Below are positions 7,856 through 16,375 of a stretch of 47,377 nt of DNA, one piece after another. The DNA is from an uncultured Gammaproteobacteria bacterium. GTDB lineage: Bacteria; Patescibacteriota; Patescibacteriia; Patescibacteriales; UBA12465. The stretch is taken from contig CAYUWA010000005.1 in NCBI GenBank assembly GCA_964448505.1, positions 2,726 to 50,102 of the forward strand, given 5' to 3'. Each line of letters starts with the position of its first letter. Position 1 is the stretch's first letter. The translations under genes and the position numbers were made by a program. The notes beneath the pieces were generated by a model, which had not been told where the DNA came from, searched no databases, and saw only the letters and a list, made by a program, of their open reading frames with translations.

Positions 7856-10288
7856 TTAAAAATCTCTTAATTTCGCTTCAAACTTTCTAGCCATTTCGGT
7901 GAGTAGGGCGGACTGGATAGAATCTACTTCCTCGGCAGTCATTGTTTTTTCATCTGATTGATATTCAAGATGAAAGGCTAAGCTCTTCTCATTTTTTTCC
8001 AATTTATTTCCAGAATAAATATCAAAAAGTTCAACTGATTTAATTAGAGGATTAAAATTTAAAATTAACTCTCTTAAATCATTATACAATATTTCTTCAG
8101 AAACAACAAAGGCTAAATCACGCATAAGTGCCGGATATTTCGGCGCTTCTTTAAATCTTAGAGCTGGATAATTGATAATTATATCGGCCAATAAGTCAAA
8201 ATTAATTTCTAGAACCGCGGTTTTCAATTTTAAGTTTAAGTTATCTTCTACATTTGAACTAAGCATGGCAATAACTCCGACTTCTTTGTTTAACAAAGAA
8301 ACTTTCGCTACCATTTTAGAGTCCGCCCAACCGGGAATATTATCAAGACTTGAAAATTGCGCCTCCGCCCCGCTATTTAGAGCTTCTTTGAACAAAGAAT
8401 CGGTAATTCCTTTGAGTTCAAAAAATACTTCGTCTTTTGCTCCGCTTAAAACAATCCCTAACCTCTTTTCTTGAAAGGGAAGTTTTTCCTGACCGCTATT
8501 ATCTTTATTCAAAGCGCCCGGGGCATTAAAGAAAACACTGCCAAATTCAAAGAAGCCCAAATCGTTCTTCTTGGCTTGATTAGTTTTTATATTGGCTGCC
8601 AATCCGGGGACTAAAGATTGTCTTAAGAGATTCTGAATACCCGATAGAGGATTAGCTAAACGCAAATAATTAAAGAAATCAATATTCATCTTCTTTAATT
8701 GTTCTTCTCCGACAAAAGAATAATTATAAGTCTCCGTTAGCGAGTCTTTAAGAACAAGAATGTCCTTTATTTTTCTTTCTAGAATTCTTTCTTGATTTAG
8801 TAAGGGTAAAGTCAGAAGTTGAAGCGGTAATTTTGACTCTATATTATCGTAGCCATAAAGACGTAAGATCTCTTCTGCTAAGTCTTCCTTGGTTGAGATA
8901 TCTTTTGTCGCCCACCAAGAGGGAACTGCAACTTTTAATAGTTCTTTATGAGAAGTATTAACCTTGAATCCTAATTTGCTTAAAATATTGATTACCGTAT
9001 CTTTAGGTATTGCTTGCCCTATTTTATTGTTAAGCCAATTTAAATCCAATTCTATTTCTAGGTTTGGGATGAGCGAATTGTTTATATCAATTAACGAGCT
9101 GGCGAGCGTCATTTCCGGGCACAGTTCTTTAAGCAGACTTAAAAATCTAAAAACTGCCTCGGTACTTAAATTCGGATCTAAGGATTTTTCAAACCGCGTT
9201 GAAGCTTCGGTTCTTAAACCCAGCCTTTGCGAAGTACGTCTTATAGAAATAGCTTTAAAGTTAGCCGCTTCTAAAATTAAAGATTTTGAATCATTATTAA
9301 TTTCACTATTTTTGCCACCCATTAATCCGGCAATAGCGATAGCCTTAGACCCATCGGCGATAACAATATCATCTGCTCCTAGACTGCGCTCTTTATCATC
9401 AAGGGTTTCAATTATTTCATTTTTATTGGCTAGCCGAACTGTTATTTTTTTGACCTTATCAGAACTAAAAGCATGAAGAGGTTGCCCTATCTCAAGCATG
9501 ACATAATTTGTCAGGTCAACAATATTATTAATTGGGCGCTGTCCAACCGCGATAAGTCTTTCTTTTAACCAACTCGGCGAATCTTCAACCTTAATATTAT
9601 CAACTTTAAGCGCCATATAGCGCGGGCAAAGCTCTTTGTTTTCAACTTTAACCTCTAATTTATTTTCTTTGTCGGAAAGGAACTCGTCTTTAAAACTATA
9701 AATTTTATTATAAGGCTTAAGTTTTAAATCAAATATCGCTGCCAACTCTCTTGCGATTCCGTAATGGCTCAACAAATCGGGACGATTTGATAAAGACTTA
9801 TTATCAACTTCAAAAACAATATCATTGAGTTTCAAATATTTAGAAAAGTCATCGCCGATTTTAGCGTTTTCTTTTAAGATCATTATTCCGGCGTGGTCAT
9901 TTCCAAGCCCTAATTCATCTTCGGCGCAAACCATGCCATACGATTTTTCTCCTCTAATTTCACTTTCTTTAATTTCAAGGCCGTTAGGTAAATTAGCGCC
10001 GATTAAAGCAACGGGAACTAATTGTCCGACAGCGACATTTGGCGCGCCACAAACAATATTTAATTTTTCAGTTTTTACTTCGACTATCAACAACCGAAGC
10101 CGATCGGCATTGGGGTGCTTGTTAACTTCTAAGATTTTTCCAACAACAACTTTATCAAATTGCTGCGCTTGATTAACAAAAGATTCAACCTCAACAGTAT
10201 GATTGGTTAAATTTTCCGAAATTTCTTCCGGCGTAAGTTTGGGTGGAATCTTTATAAACTCTTGTAACCAATTATAAGAAATATACAT
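7856..10288 (-). CDS. pheT: Phenylalanine--tRNA ligase beta subunit
   Basis: N-terminal tRNA-binding domain (VVGKILEVNKHPNADRLRL), B3/4 and B5 regions, C-terminal FDX-ACB. Sits directly downstream of pheS. Confidence 0.95.
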   Translation of the reverse strand: MYISYNWLQEFIKIPPKLTPEEISENLTNHTVEVESFVNQAQQFDKVVVGKILEVNKHPNADRLRLLIVEVKTEKLNIVCGAPNVAVGQLVPVALIGANLPNGLEIKESEIRGEKSYGMVCAEDELGLGNDHAGIMILKENAKIGDDFSKYLKLNDIVFEVDNKSLSNRPDLLSHYGIARELAAIFDLKLKPYNKIYSFKDEFLSDKENKLEVKVENKELCPRYMALKVDNIKVEDSPSWLKERLIAVGQRPINNIVDLTNYVMLEIGQPLHAFSSDKVKKITVRLANKNEIIETLDDKERSLGADDIVIADGSKAIAIAGLMGGKNSEINNDSKSLILEAANFKAISIRRTSQRLGLRTEASTRFEKSLDPNLSTEAVFRFLSLLKELCPEMTLASSLIDINNSLIPNLEIELDLNWLNNKIGQAIPKDTVINILSKLGFKVNTSHKELLKVAVPSWWATKDISTKEDLAEEILRLYGYDNIESKLPLQLLTLPLLNQERILERKIKDILVLKDSLTETYNYSFVGEEQLKKMNIDFFNYLRLANPLSGIQNLLRQSLVPGLAANIKTNQAKKNDLGFFEFGSVFFNAPGALNKDNSGQEKLPFQEKRLGIVLSGAKDEVFFELKGITDSLFKEALNSGAEAQFSSLDNIPGWADSKMVAKVSLLNKEVGVIAMLSSNVEDNLNLKLKTAVLEINFDLLADIIINYPALRFKEAPKYPALMRDLAFVVSEEILYNDLRELILNFNPLIKSVELFDIYSGNKLEKNEKSLAFHLEYQSDEKTMTAEEVDSIQSALLTEMARKFEAKLRDF

Positions 10289-10289
10289 A

Positions 10290-11318
10290 TTAGAATTGTT
10301 CTAAAAATTTTATATCACCACTATTAAATAAGCGAACATCGTTTATATTATATTTTAACATTGCCAACCGATTTAGGCCGAAGCCAAACGCTAACCCGGA
10401 ATAAATTTCCGGATCAATCCCGCCCGCCCTTAGCACGTCGGGGTGAACTAGTCCGGCGCCGACGATTTCTAACCAGCCAGTATTTTTGCAAACGCGGCAG
10501 CCTTTTCCTTCACATAAGAAACAGGTATATTCTCCGTTATTTCCCGGTTCAACAAAAGGGAAAAACTTCGGACGCATTCTAAGTTTCGTATTCGGACCGA
10601 ATAATTTTTTACCCACTATCTCTAAAATATTTTTTAAATTGGCAAAGTTTATATTTTTATCAACGATTAGTCCTTCAACTTGATAAAAGGTGTGCTCGTG
10701 ACGAGCGTCAGTTGCTTCGTTTCTAAAACAACGTCCGGGAATAATCGCTTTAAGCGGCGCGCCATATTTCTGCATGGCCCTAATTTGAACTGGGGAAGTC
10801 TGGGTTCTCATTAATAAATCATACTGTCCGTCTTTGTTCTTAGAATCAATATAGAAAGTATCTTGCATATCTCTGGCGGGGTGAAGCGGGGGAACGTTTA
10901 AGGCGGTAAAATTATAATAATCACTTTCTAGCTCAGGACCATCGGCGACGGTAAAACCAAGAGAAGTAAATAAATCTTCTAATTCATTTTGAACTAAAGT
11001 AATCGGGTGAAGATGCCCTTTGTCTCTTTTTTTGCCGGGCAGGGTAACATCTAGCAGCTCCTCTTTCCCGGAGTAATTATTTAGGGATCGCTTAACATCT
11101 TCAAAACTATTCTGTAGTTCGGTTTTAACATTATTAGCCAGTTCTCCCGCCTCTTTTCTTAGTTCCAAGCTTAAATCTTTCAAGCCGCTGAGGATATGAC
11201 TTAATTCTCCCTTGCGAGATAAATACTTAAGCTCTATCTCTTTTAAACTATTTATATCTTTAACTAAAGACAGTTGCTGTAAGAAATCATCGCGTAATTT
11301 CTGTAATTTATTTTTCAT
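10290..11318 (-). CDS. pheS: Phenylalanine--tRNA ligase alpha subunit
   Basis: Class II motifs HPARDMQDTFY, RTQTSPVQIR, FRNE, FPFVEPG, GAGLVHP, AFGFGLNRL. Confidence 0.95.
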   Translation of the reverse strand: MKNKLQKLRDDFLQQLSLVKDINSLKEIELKYLSRKGELSHILSGLKDLSLELRKEAGELANNVKTELQNSFEDVKRSLNNYSGKEELLDVTLPGKKRDKGHLHPITLVQNELEDLFTSLGFTVADGPELESDYYNFTALNVPPLHPARDMQDTFYIDSKNKDGQYDLLMRTQTSPVQIRAMQKYGAPLKAIIPGRCFRNEATDARHEHTFYQVEGLIVDKNINFANLKNILEIVGKKLFGPNTKLRMRPKFFPFVEPGNNGEYTCFLCEGKGCRVCKNTGWLEIVGAGLVHPDVLRAGGIDPEIYSGLAFGFGLNRLAMLKYNINDVRLFNSGDIKFLEQF

Positions 11319-11347
11319 ATATTTGAACTAAATAAAACTCTAAAAAT

Positions 11348-11728
11348 TTATCGGCTTTTTTTATAGCTTATTAAAAATAATTCTAAGACGATAAAGATAA
11401 CTATTAGGAGAGTAAGGTTAAGCCAACTAAAAAGATGTTTTGATTTTAAAAATAAAAGGGAAATAATAAATAGGGAAAACAAAAATGATTGGCGAAAAGC
11501 TAGGCGCACCAGATTAAAGGCTAATTCCTTCTTCATTACGCCGAAACGAACTAAGAATCCAATTAATGCCCCTGTTCCGCTTAACGATAAAAAGAGCGAA
11601 AGATAAAACAATAAAAAGCCAATCCAATTAGTCGCTCCCGGATCAATCATCCCGGCGACAAAAATAAATAGACCCCAACAAAAAGCCGTTAGAACCGCCA
11701 TCACTAATAAATAACTTCTCAGTGTCAT
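11348..11728 (-). CDS. Small polytopic membrane protein, function unknown
   Basis: Four predicted hydrophobic helices. Its start overlaps the valS stop by 4 nt (ATGA), suggesting translational coupling. Confidence 0.5.
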   Translation of the reverse strand: MTLRSYLLVMAVLTAFCWGLFIFVAGMIDPGATNWIGFLLFYLSLFLSLSGTGALIGFLVRFGVMKKELAFNLVRLAFRQSFLFSLFIISLLFLKSKHLFSWLNLTLLIVIFIVLELFLISYKKSR

Positions 11729-14370
11729 AAACTTTTTATTATATTTTTTATCTTTTCCAACTCATTTTGATAATTCTCTAATTTTTCTTTTTCGGCAACA
11801 ACAATTTTCTCCGGTGCCCGATCAATGAATTCTTTATTACTTAACTTTTGTAATTGTAAAGCAATTAATTTATTTAGATTTGCTTCTTCTTTTTCTAAGC
11901 GCTCTTTCTCTTTATCCTTATCAATAGCCCCCAATAGATATATCTCAATTTCTCCGACAATAGCGGAAATCGCTCCCTCAACTTTTTCTCCGGACTCAAG
12001 TATTTTAATTCCGCTTAAACCGGTTTTAAGCCCGCAAATTAAGCCGATTTGCTCATTTAATAACTTCACCCAAGCCCCGGCATAAATTATAGCCTCAAGT
12101 TTTTTGGCCGGTTCAATTTTATTTTCACTACGCACATTCCTTATCGCAATAATTATTTCCTTCACTTTAAAAAATTGTGTTTCTATTTCTGATTTATCAT
12201 TCTGCTGTTCAGCTTTAAGCTCTTTCATTTCCGGCCAAGTCGCAACCATCAACAGATTATCATTAAAACTTGACCAAATTTTTTCCGTTACATATGGAAT
12301 AAAGGGGTGCCAAAGAATCAATAAATTCTTTAAAATATAAATTAAAATTTCATCTTTGTCTTTTTCAATTTTAGCTATTTCTAAATACCAATCGGCCAAG
12401 CTGTCCCAGGTAAAATTAAGCAGTCTTTCAGCGGCAGACGAATAAGCAAAGTTATTTAAATCATTATCAACCGACAAACACAGATCTTGAAAATTATCTA
12501 ATATCCATTTATCGCTTAAAGTTTTGGCGTTCGGGATCTGAGTATTCGGAATTAAATAAACTTTTTGGCTAGTAGAATCCAAAATGAAACGAGAAATATT
12601 CCAGAGTTTGTTTATAAAGTTTCTTTTTGATTCAATCTTTTCTTCGCTATAGCGAGAATCATTTCCTGGAGTAGAACCCATTAACAATGAGAGACGCAGA
12701 GCATCGGCACCGTATTTTTCAATAACAGAAACCGGGTCAACGCCATTTCCTTTGCTTTTGCTCATTTTCTTGCCTTTAGCGTCTAAAATAGTTCCGTGAA
12801 GATAAACTTTCTCAAAAGGAATTTCGCCAAGCGCAAAAAACGACATCATTATCATTCGCGATACCCAAAGCGTTAATATTTCATAACCAGTTTCAAGAAC
12901 TTGGGTCGGATGGAATTTTAATAAATCATTAATCTTCTTACCGTCTTTGAAATTATCCGGCCAACCGAGAGTAGAAAATGTCCACATTCCGGAAGAAAAC
13001 CAGGTATCAAGAGTATCTTGGTCTTTCACCCAGCCTTCCTCTTTTGGAGATTCTGTCCCGACATAAGTTTCTTCTCCCTTATACCAAACGGGGATGCTAT
13101 GCCCAAACCAAATTTGGCGGGAAATACACCAATCATGTAAATTTTCCATCCAGTTTTGATATTGTTTGTTAAATCTTTCCGGAATAAATTCAATATCTCC
13201 TTTTTGAGCCGCCTCTAGAGCTTTTTCTTTTAAAGACTTATTCCCTAAACGAGCTAGTTTTTTATCAACACTTACAAACCATTGTTTTGAAAGAAGCGGT
13301 TCAATCGGCGTTCCACATCTATAACAAATTGATAAGTTATTAGTAATTTCTTCCTCTTTTTCTAATAATCCGCTGTGTTTTAAGGAATCAACAATCATCT
13401 CGCGTGCTTTTTCAACTTTTATCCCAGAATAATCTCCAAACCCGTCTCTTATTATCCCGTCTTCATTTATAACTTTAATAACCGGCAAACCATTAGCCTG
13501 CGCCATTTGAAAATCAACCATAGAATGAGCTGGGGTAACACCCAGGGCTCCTGTCCCAAATTCCATTTCGACATTAAAGTCGCTTATAATTTTGATTTTT
13601 AACTTTTGACCACAGAAATTTACCTCATATTCTTTTCCTAGGTATTGTTTATACCTCTCGTCTTTTGGATTAACGGCAACCGCAGTATCGCCAAGCTTGG
13701 TTTCCGGACGAGTCGTAGAAATTTGAACAGGAAAACCCTTGTCATACTTAAAAGTATAAAGCTTGGCATTTTGTTCCTTATATTCAACTTCGTCGTCGGC
13801 TAGGGTTGAGTGACAATGAGGGCACCAATTAACTATTCTTTCTCCCTTATAAATAACTCCTTCTTTATACATATCAACAAACATTGTGTTGACCGCTTTC
13901 TGTCGTTCTTCGTCAAAAGTAAAAGCCTCTCTTGACCAATCTAAAGAAGCTCCCATTTTTCTAGTCTGCATTAGAATAGTCTTTTGAGTATTTCTCAAAA
14001 AACTCCAAATTTCCTCCAATAATTTTTCGCGACCTAAATCATGCCTGGTTTTACCGGTTTCTTGAAAAATCTTTTTTTCAACAACCATTTGAGTTGCAAT
14101 GGCGGCATGATCGGTTCCGGGAAGCCAAAGAGTCCTAAATCCTTTTAATCTTTTATACCGAATCATTAGATCTTCAACGGCGAGCATACAACTATGTCCA
14201 ACATGTAAATTAGCGGTAATATTAGGAGGAGGGAGAACAATAGTATAACTTTTTGCCGTTTCCGGCAAATCTAAATTATCCGGGTTAAAGTACCCGGATT
14301 CTTCCCACTTTTTATAAATATTATCCTCATTTTCGCCAGGATTATAATTCTTGTCTAATTCTTTATTCAT
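11725..14370 (-). CDS. valS: Valine--tRNA ligase
   Basis: Class I HIGH variant (NLHVGH), KMSKS, CP1 editing domain, C-terminal coiled coil. Confidence 0.95.
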   Translation of the reverse strand: MNKELDKNYNPGENEDNIYKKWEESGYFNPDNLDLPETAKSYTIVLPPPNITANLHVGHSCMLAVEDLMIRYKRLKGFRTLWLPGTDHAAIATQMVVEKKIFQETGKTRHDLGREKLLEEIWSFLRNTQKTILMQTRKMGASLDWSREAFTFDEERQKAVNTMFVDMYKEGVIYKGERIVNWCPHCHSTLADDEVEYKEQNAKLYTFKYDKGFPVQISTTRPETKLGDTAVAVNPKDERYKQYLGKEYEVNFCGQKLKIKIISDFNVEMEFGTGALGVTPAHSMVDFQMAQANGLPVIKVINEDGIIRDGFGDYSGIKVEKAREMIVDSLKHSGLLEKEEEITNNLSICYRCGTPIEPLLSKQWFVSVDKKLARLGNKSLKEKALEAAQKGDIEFIPERFNKQYQNWMENLHDWCISRQIWFGHSIPVWYKGEETYVGTESPKEEGWVKDQDTLDTWFSSGMWTFSTLGWPDNFKDGKKINDLLKFHPTQVLETGYEILTLWVSRMIMMSFFALGEIPFEKVYLHGTILDAKGKKMSKSKGNGVDPVSVIEKYGADALRLSLLMGSTPGNDSRYSEEKIESKRNFINKLWNISRFILDSTSQKVYLIPNTQIPNAKTLSDKWILDNFQDLCLSVDNDLNNFAYSSAAERLLNFTWDSLADWYLEIAKIEKDKDEILIYILKNLLILWHPFIPYVTEKIWSSFNDNLLMVATWPEMKELKAEQQNDKSEIETQFFKVKEIIIAIRNVRSENKIEPAKKLEAIIYAGAWVKLLNEQIGLICGLKTGLSGIKILESGEKVEGAISAIVGEIEIYLLGAIDKDKEKERLEKEEANLNKLIALQLQKLSNKEFIDRAPEKIVVAEKEKLENYQNELEKIKNIIKSL

Positions 14371-14417
14371 AACTTAAAATTACCAAAAAAATGACTCTTA
14401 GTCAACCCAGTTTAGGC

Positions 14418-14446
14418 TTGACTTACGCCCAAATTAATTATATATT
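14418..14446 (+). promoter_or_regulatory. Putative promoter for the DHH-like gene
   Basis: TTGACT (14418-14423), 17-nt spacer, TATATT (14441-14446). Confidence 0.4.
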
Positions 14447-14490
14447 TAATGATTAGCTTTGTTTTTCCAACAAAGAAATTTTAACGTAAA

Positions 14491-15630
14491 ATGCTTGATT
14501 TAGAACAACAAATTTTCAAACAAATTGAAAAGTCCAAAAAGATTCTGATTGTCTTCCCGGAGAATTGGAACGGCGACTCTATTGCTTCCGCTTTAGCGTT
14601 TTTTCTATTTCTCAAGAAAGAAGGCTATGATGTTAATATCGTCGCCAAAAAAACAGAACAATCATCTTTACGTTTTGACTTTTTGCCAGGCTATTCCGAA
14701 ATAGAAGATTCTTTAAGTGATATCCGTCGTTTTATTGTTTCTCTTGATATAAGCAAAACGAAGGTCAGCCAAATTAAGTATGCTGTTGAAAAAGACGAAT
14801 TGAATTTTATTATTAGCCCGGAAGACGGCTGGTTTAGCCCAGAAGATGTTAAAACAAAAGCCGGCGAGTTTAAGTATGATTTAATTATTGTTCTCGGATC
14901 CATAGACTTAGAGTCGCTTGGTAATATCTACGATCAAAATATAGAGTTCTTCTTTAAAACAACTATTATAAATATTGATAACCAATCTGCCAACGAAGAA
15001 TATGGACAAATTAATTTTATTGACTTAAACGCCGTATCAGTAAGTGAGCTCGTCTTTTATCTTCTAAAAAATTACAAAATTTCTTCTATAGACGAAGATA
15101 TCGCTACAAACCTGTTGGCAGGAATAATAATCAAGACGAAAAACTTTAAATCTCAAAACATAACCCCGCGTGCCCTTCTTAGCACTTCCGAATTAATAAA
15201 TTTAAAAGCCAGACGAGAAGATATTGTAGATAATCTATACCGCTCCCGAACTTTATCCGATTTAAAACTTTGGGGAAAAATTTTAAACAATTTAAAATCT
15301 GAATTAGATGGAGAATTAATTTGGTCTTCTTTAAGGTTAAGCGACTTCCAGTCCGGAGAGGCAAATGACAACAATTTAGGAGATATCGTTGATGAATTAA
15401 TTATTAGTGTCCCAAACGCCAAAATAGTTATTATTCTTCAAGAACAAGACGAGGCTAAAACAAAAATGCTTTTTTATTCTCTTAAAAATATAAATGCTCT
15501 TGAATTTACCAAAGAATATTCTTCATACGGCACAATTAAAATAGTCCAAGCAATTATTAACCAAGACATAGGCACAGCCTCGCTAGAAATCATTTCTGAG
15601 CTTAAAAACAAGCTTGATAAATTACGATGA
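14491..15630 (+). CDS. DHH/DHHA1-family (NrnA-like) protein with apparently degenerate catalytic motifs
   Basis: Overall NrnA-like layout. NWNGDSIAS replaces the DGD-type motif I, IDNQ stands where DHH is expected, and no GGGH is seen in the C-terminal half. Confidence 0.6.
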   Translation: MLDLEQQIFKQIEKSKKILIVFPENWNGDSIASALAFFLFLKKEGYDVNIVAKKTEQSSLRFDFLPGYSEIEDSLSDIRRFIVSLDISKTKVSQIKYAVEKDELNFIISPEDGWFSPEDVKTKAGEFKYDLIIVLGSIDLESLGNIYDQNIEFFFKTTIINIDNQSANEEYGQINFIDLNAVSVSELVFYLLKNYKISSIDEDIATNLLAGIIIKTKNFKSQNITPRALLSTSELINLKARREDIVDNLYRSRTLSDLKLWGKILNNLKSELDGELIWSSLRLSDFQSGEANDNNLGDIVDELIISVPNAKIVIILQEQDEAKTKMLFYSLKNINALEFTKEYSSYGTIKIVQAIINQDIGTASLEIISELKNKLDKLR

Positions 15631-15656
15631 TAATGATATAAATAAACAGAAAGCTG

Positions 15657-15730
15657 GCGCCTATAGCTCAGATGGTTAGAGCACCGCTCTTATAAAGCGG
15701 GGGTCGATGGTTCAAGTCCATCTAGGCGCA
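15657..15730 (+). tRNA. tRNA-Ile(UAU)
   Basis: 74 nt. Acceptor gcgccta/taggcgc plus discriminator a. D-arm gctc..gagc. Anticodon stem ccgct/agcgg with loop ctTATaa. T-arm gatgg-ttcaagt-ccatc. No CCA. Confidence 0.85.
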
Positions 15731-15734
15731 CTTT

Positions 15735-15761
15735 GATCGCCGAAGCTTTAGAAAAGGCGAT
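15735..15761 (+). repeat. tRNA-trailing hairpin, copy 2 (gatcgcc-gaagctttagaaaa-ggcgat)
   Basis: Starts 4 nt after the tRNA-Ile 3' end. Same 13-nt core as copy 1. The stem position t:a in copy 1 is c:g here, a compensatory change. Confidence 0.5.
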
Positions 15762-15770
15762 AAGAATTAA

Positions 15771-15844
15771 GGGCTCGTAGCTCAGTTGGTTAGAGCGCTA
15801 CGTTGACATCGTAGAGGTCTGCAGTTCGAGTCTGCACGGGCCCA
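15771..15844 (+). tRNA. tRNA-Val(GAC)
   Basis: 74 nt. Acceptor gggctcg/cgggccc plus discriminator a. Anticodon stem ctacg/cgtag with loop ttGACat. T-arm tgcag-ttcgagt-ctgca. No CCA. Confidence 0.9.
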
Positions 15845-15847
15845 CAG

Positions 15848-15875
15848 AAAATCGCCAAAATGGCGATTTTTTATT
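15848..15875 (+). terminator. Terminator after the tRNA-Ile/tRNA-Val pair
   Basis: aaatcgcca / tggcgattt stem followed by a T-run. Confidence 0.7.
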
Positions 15876-15938
15876 TACATTTTCCTTAATTTTTGGTAAA
15901 TTAAAGAGAGTAAGATAAAGAAAATTATTTTCTAATAT

Positions 15939-16349
15939 ATGTTTTTCAAGAAAAAGAGAGAGTTAGTACAAGAAAATAACCAAGCTTCAATCAGCGAATG
16001 GCTAGATTATTCTGAACCGGAAACAGAAGGGCAATTAGCAATTGATGTTTTTCAAACAGATAAAAAAATCGTTATTAAATCAGCTATTGCCGGTGTTAAG
16101 CCGGAAGATTTAAAAATCTCACTCCATAATGATCTTCTGATTATTAGGGGAAGAAGGGAAGAAAATTCTGAAGTCCAGGAAGAGGATTATTTATACCGAG
16201 AGTGCTATTGGGGCTCGTTTTCGCGTTCCATAATTTTACCAGCTGAAGTAGATAGTAAACGAGTTGAGGCAGAATTTGAAAATGGAATTTTAACAATAAC
16301 TCTTTATAAACAAAGTCCTGGCCAAATTGAAATAAAGGTCAAGGACTAA
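15939..16349 (+). CDS. Hsp20/alpha-crystallin small heat-shock protein
   Basis: Alpha-crystallin domain: AIDVFQTDKKIVIKSAIAGVKPEDLKISL...GSFSRSIILPAEVD...AEFENGILTITL. Confidence 0.9.
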   Translation: MFFKKKRELVQENNQASISEWLDYSEPETEGQLAIDVFQTDKKIVIKSAIAGVKPEDLKISLHNDLLIIRGRREENSEVQEEDYLYRECYWGSFSRSIILPAEVDSKRVEAEFENGILTITLYKQSPGQIEIKVKD

Positions 16350-16375
16350 GTTCAATTTCGGTTTGACTAGAATAT

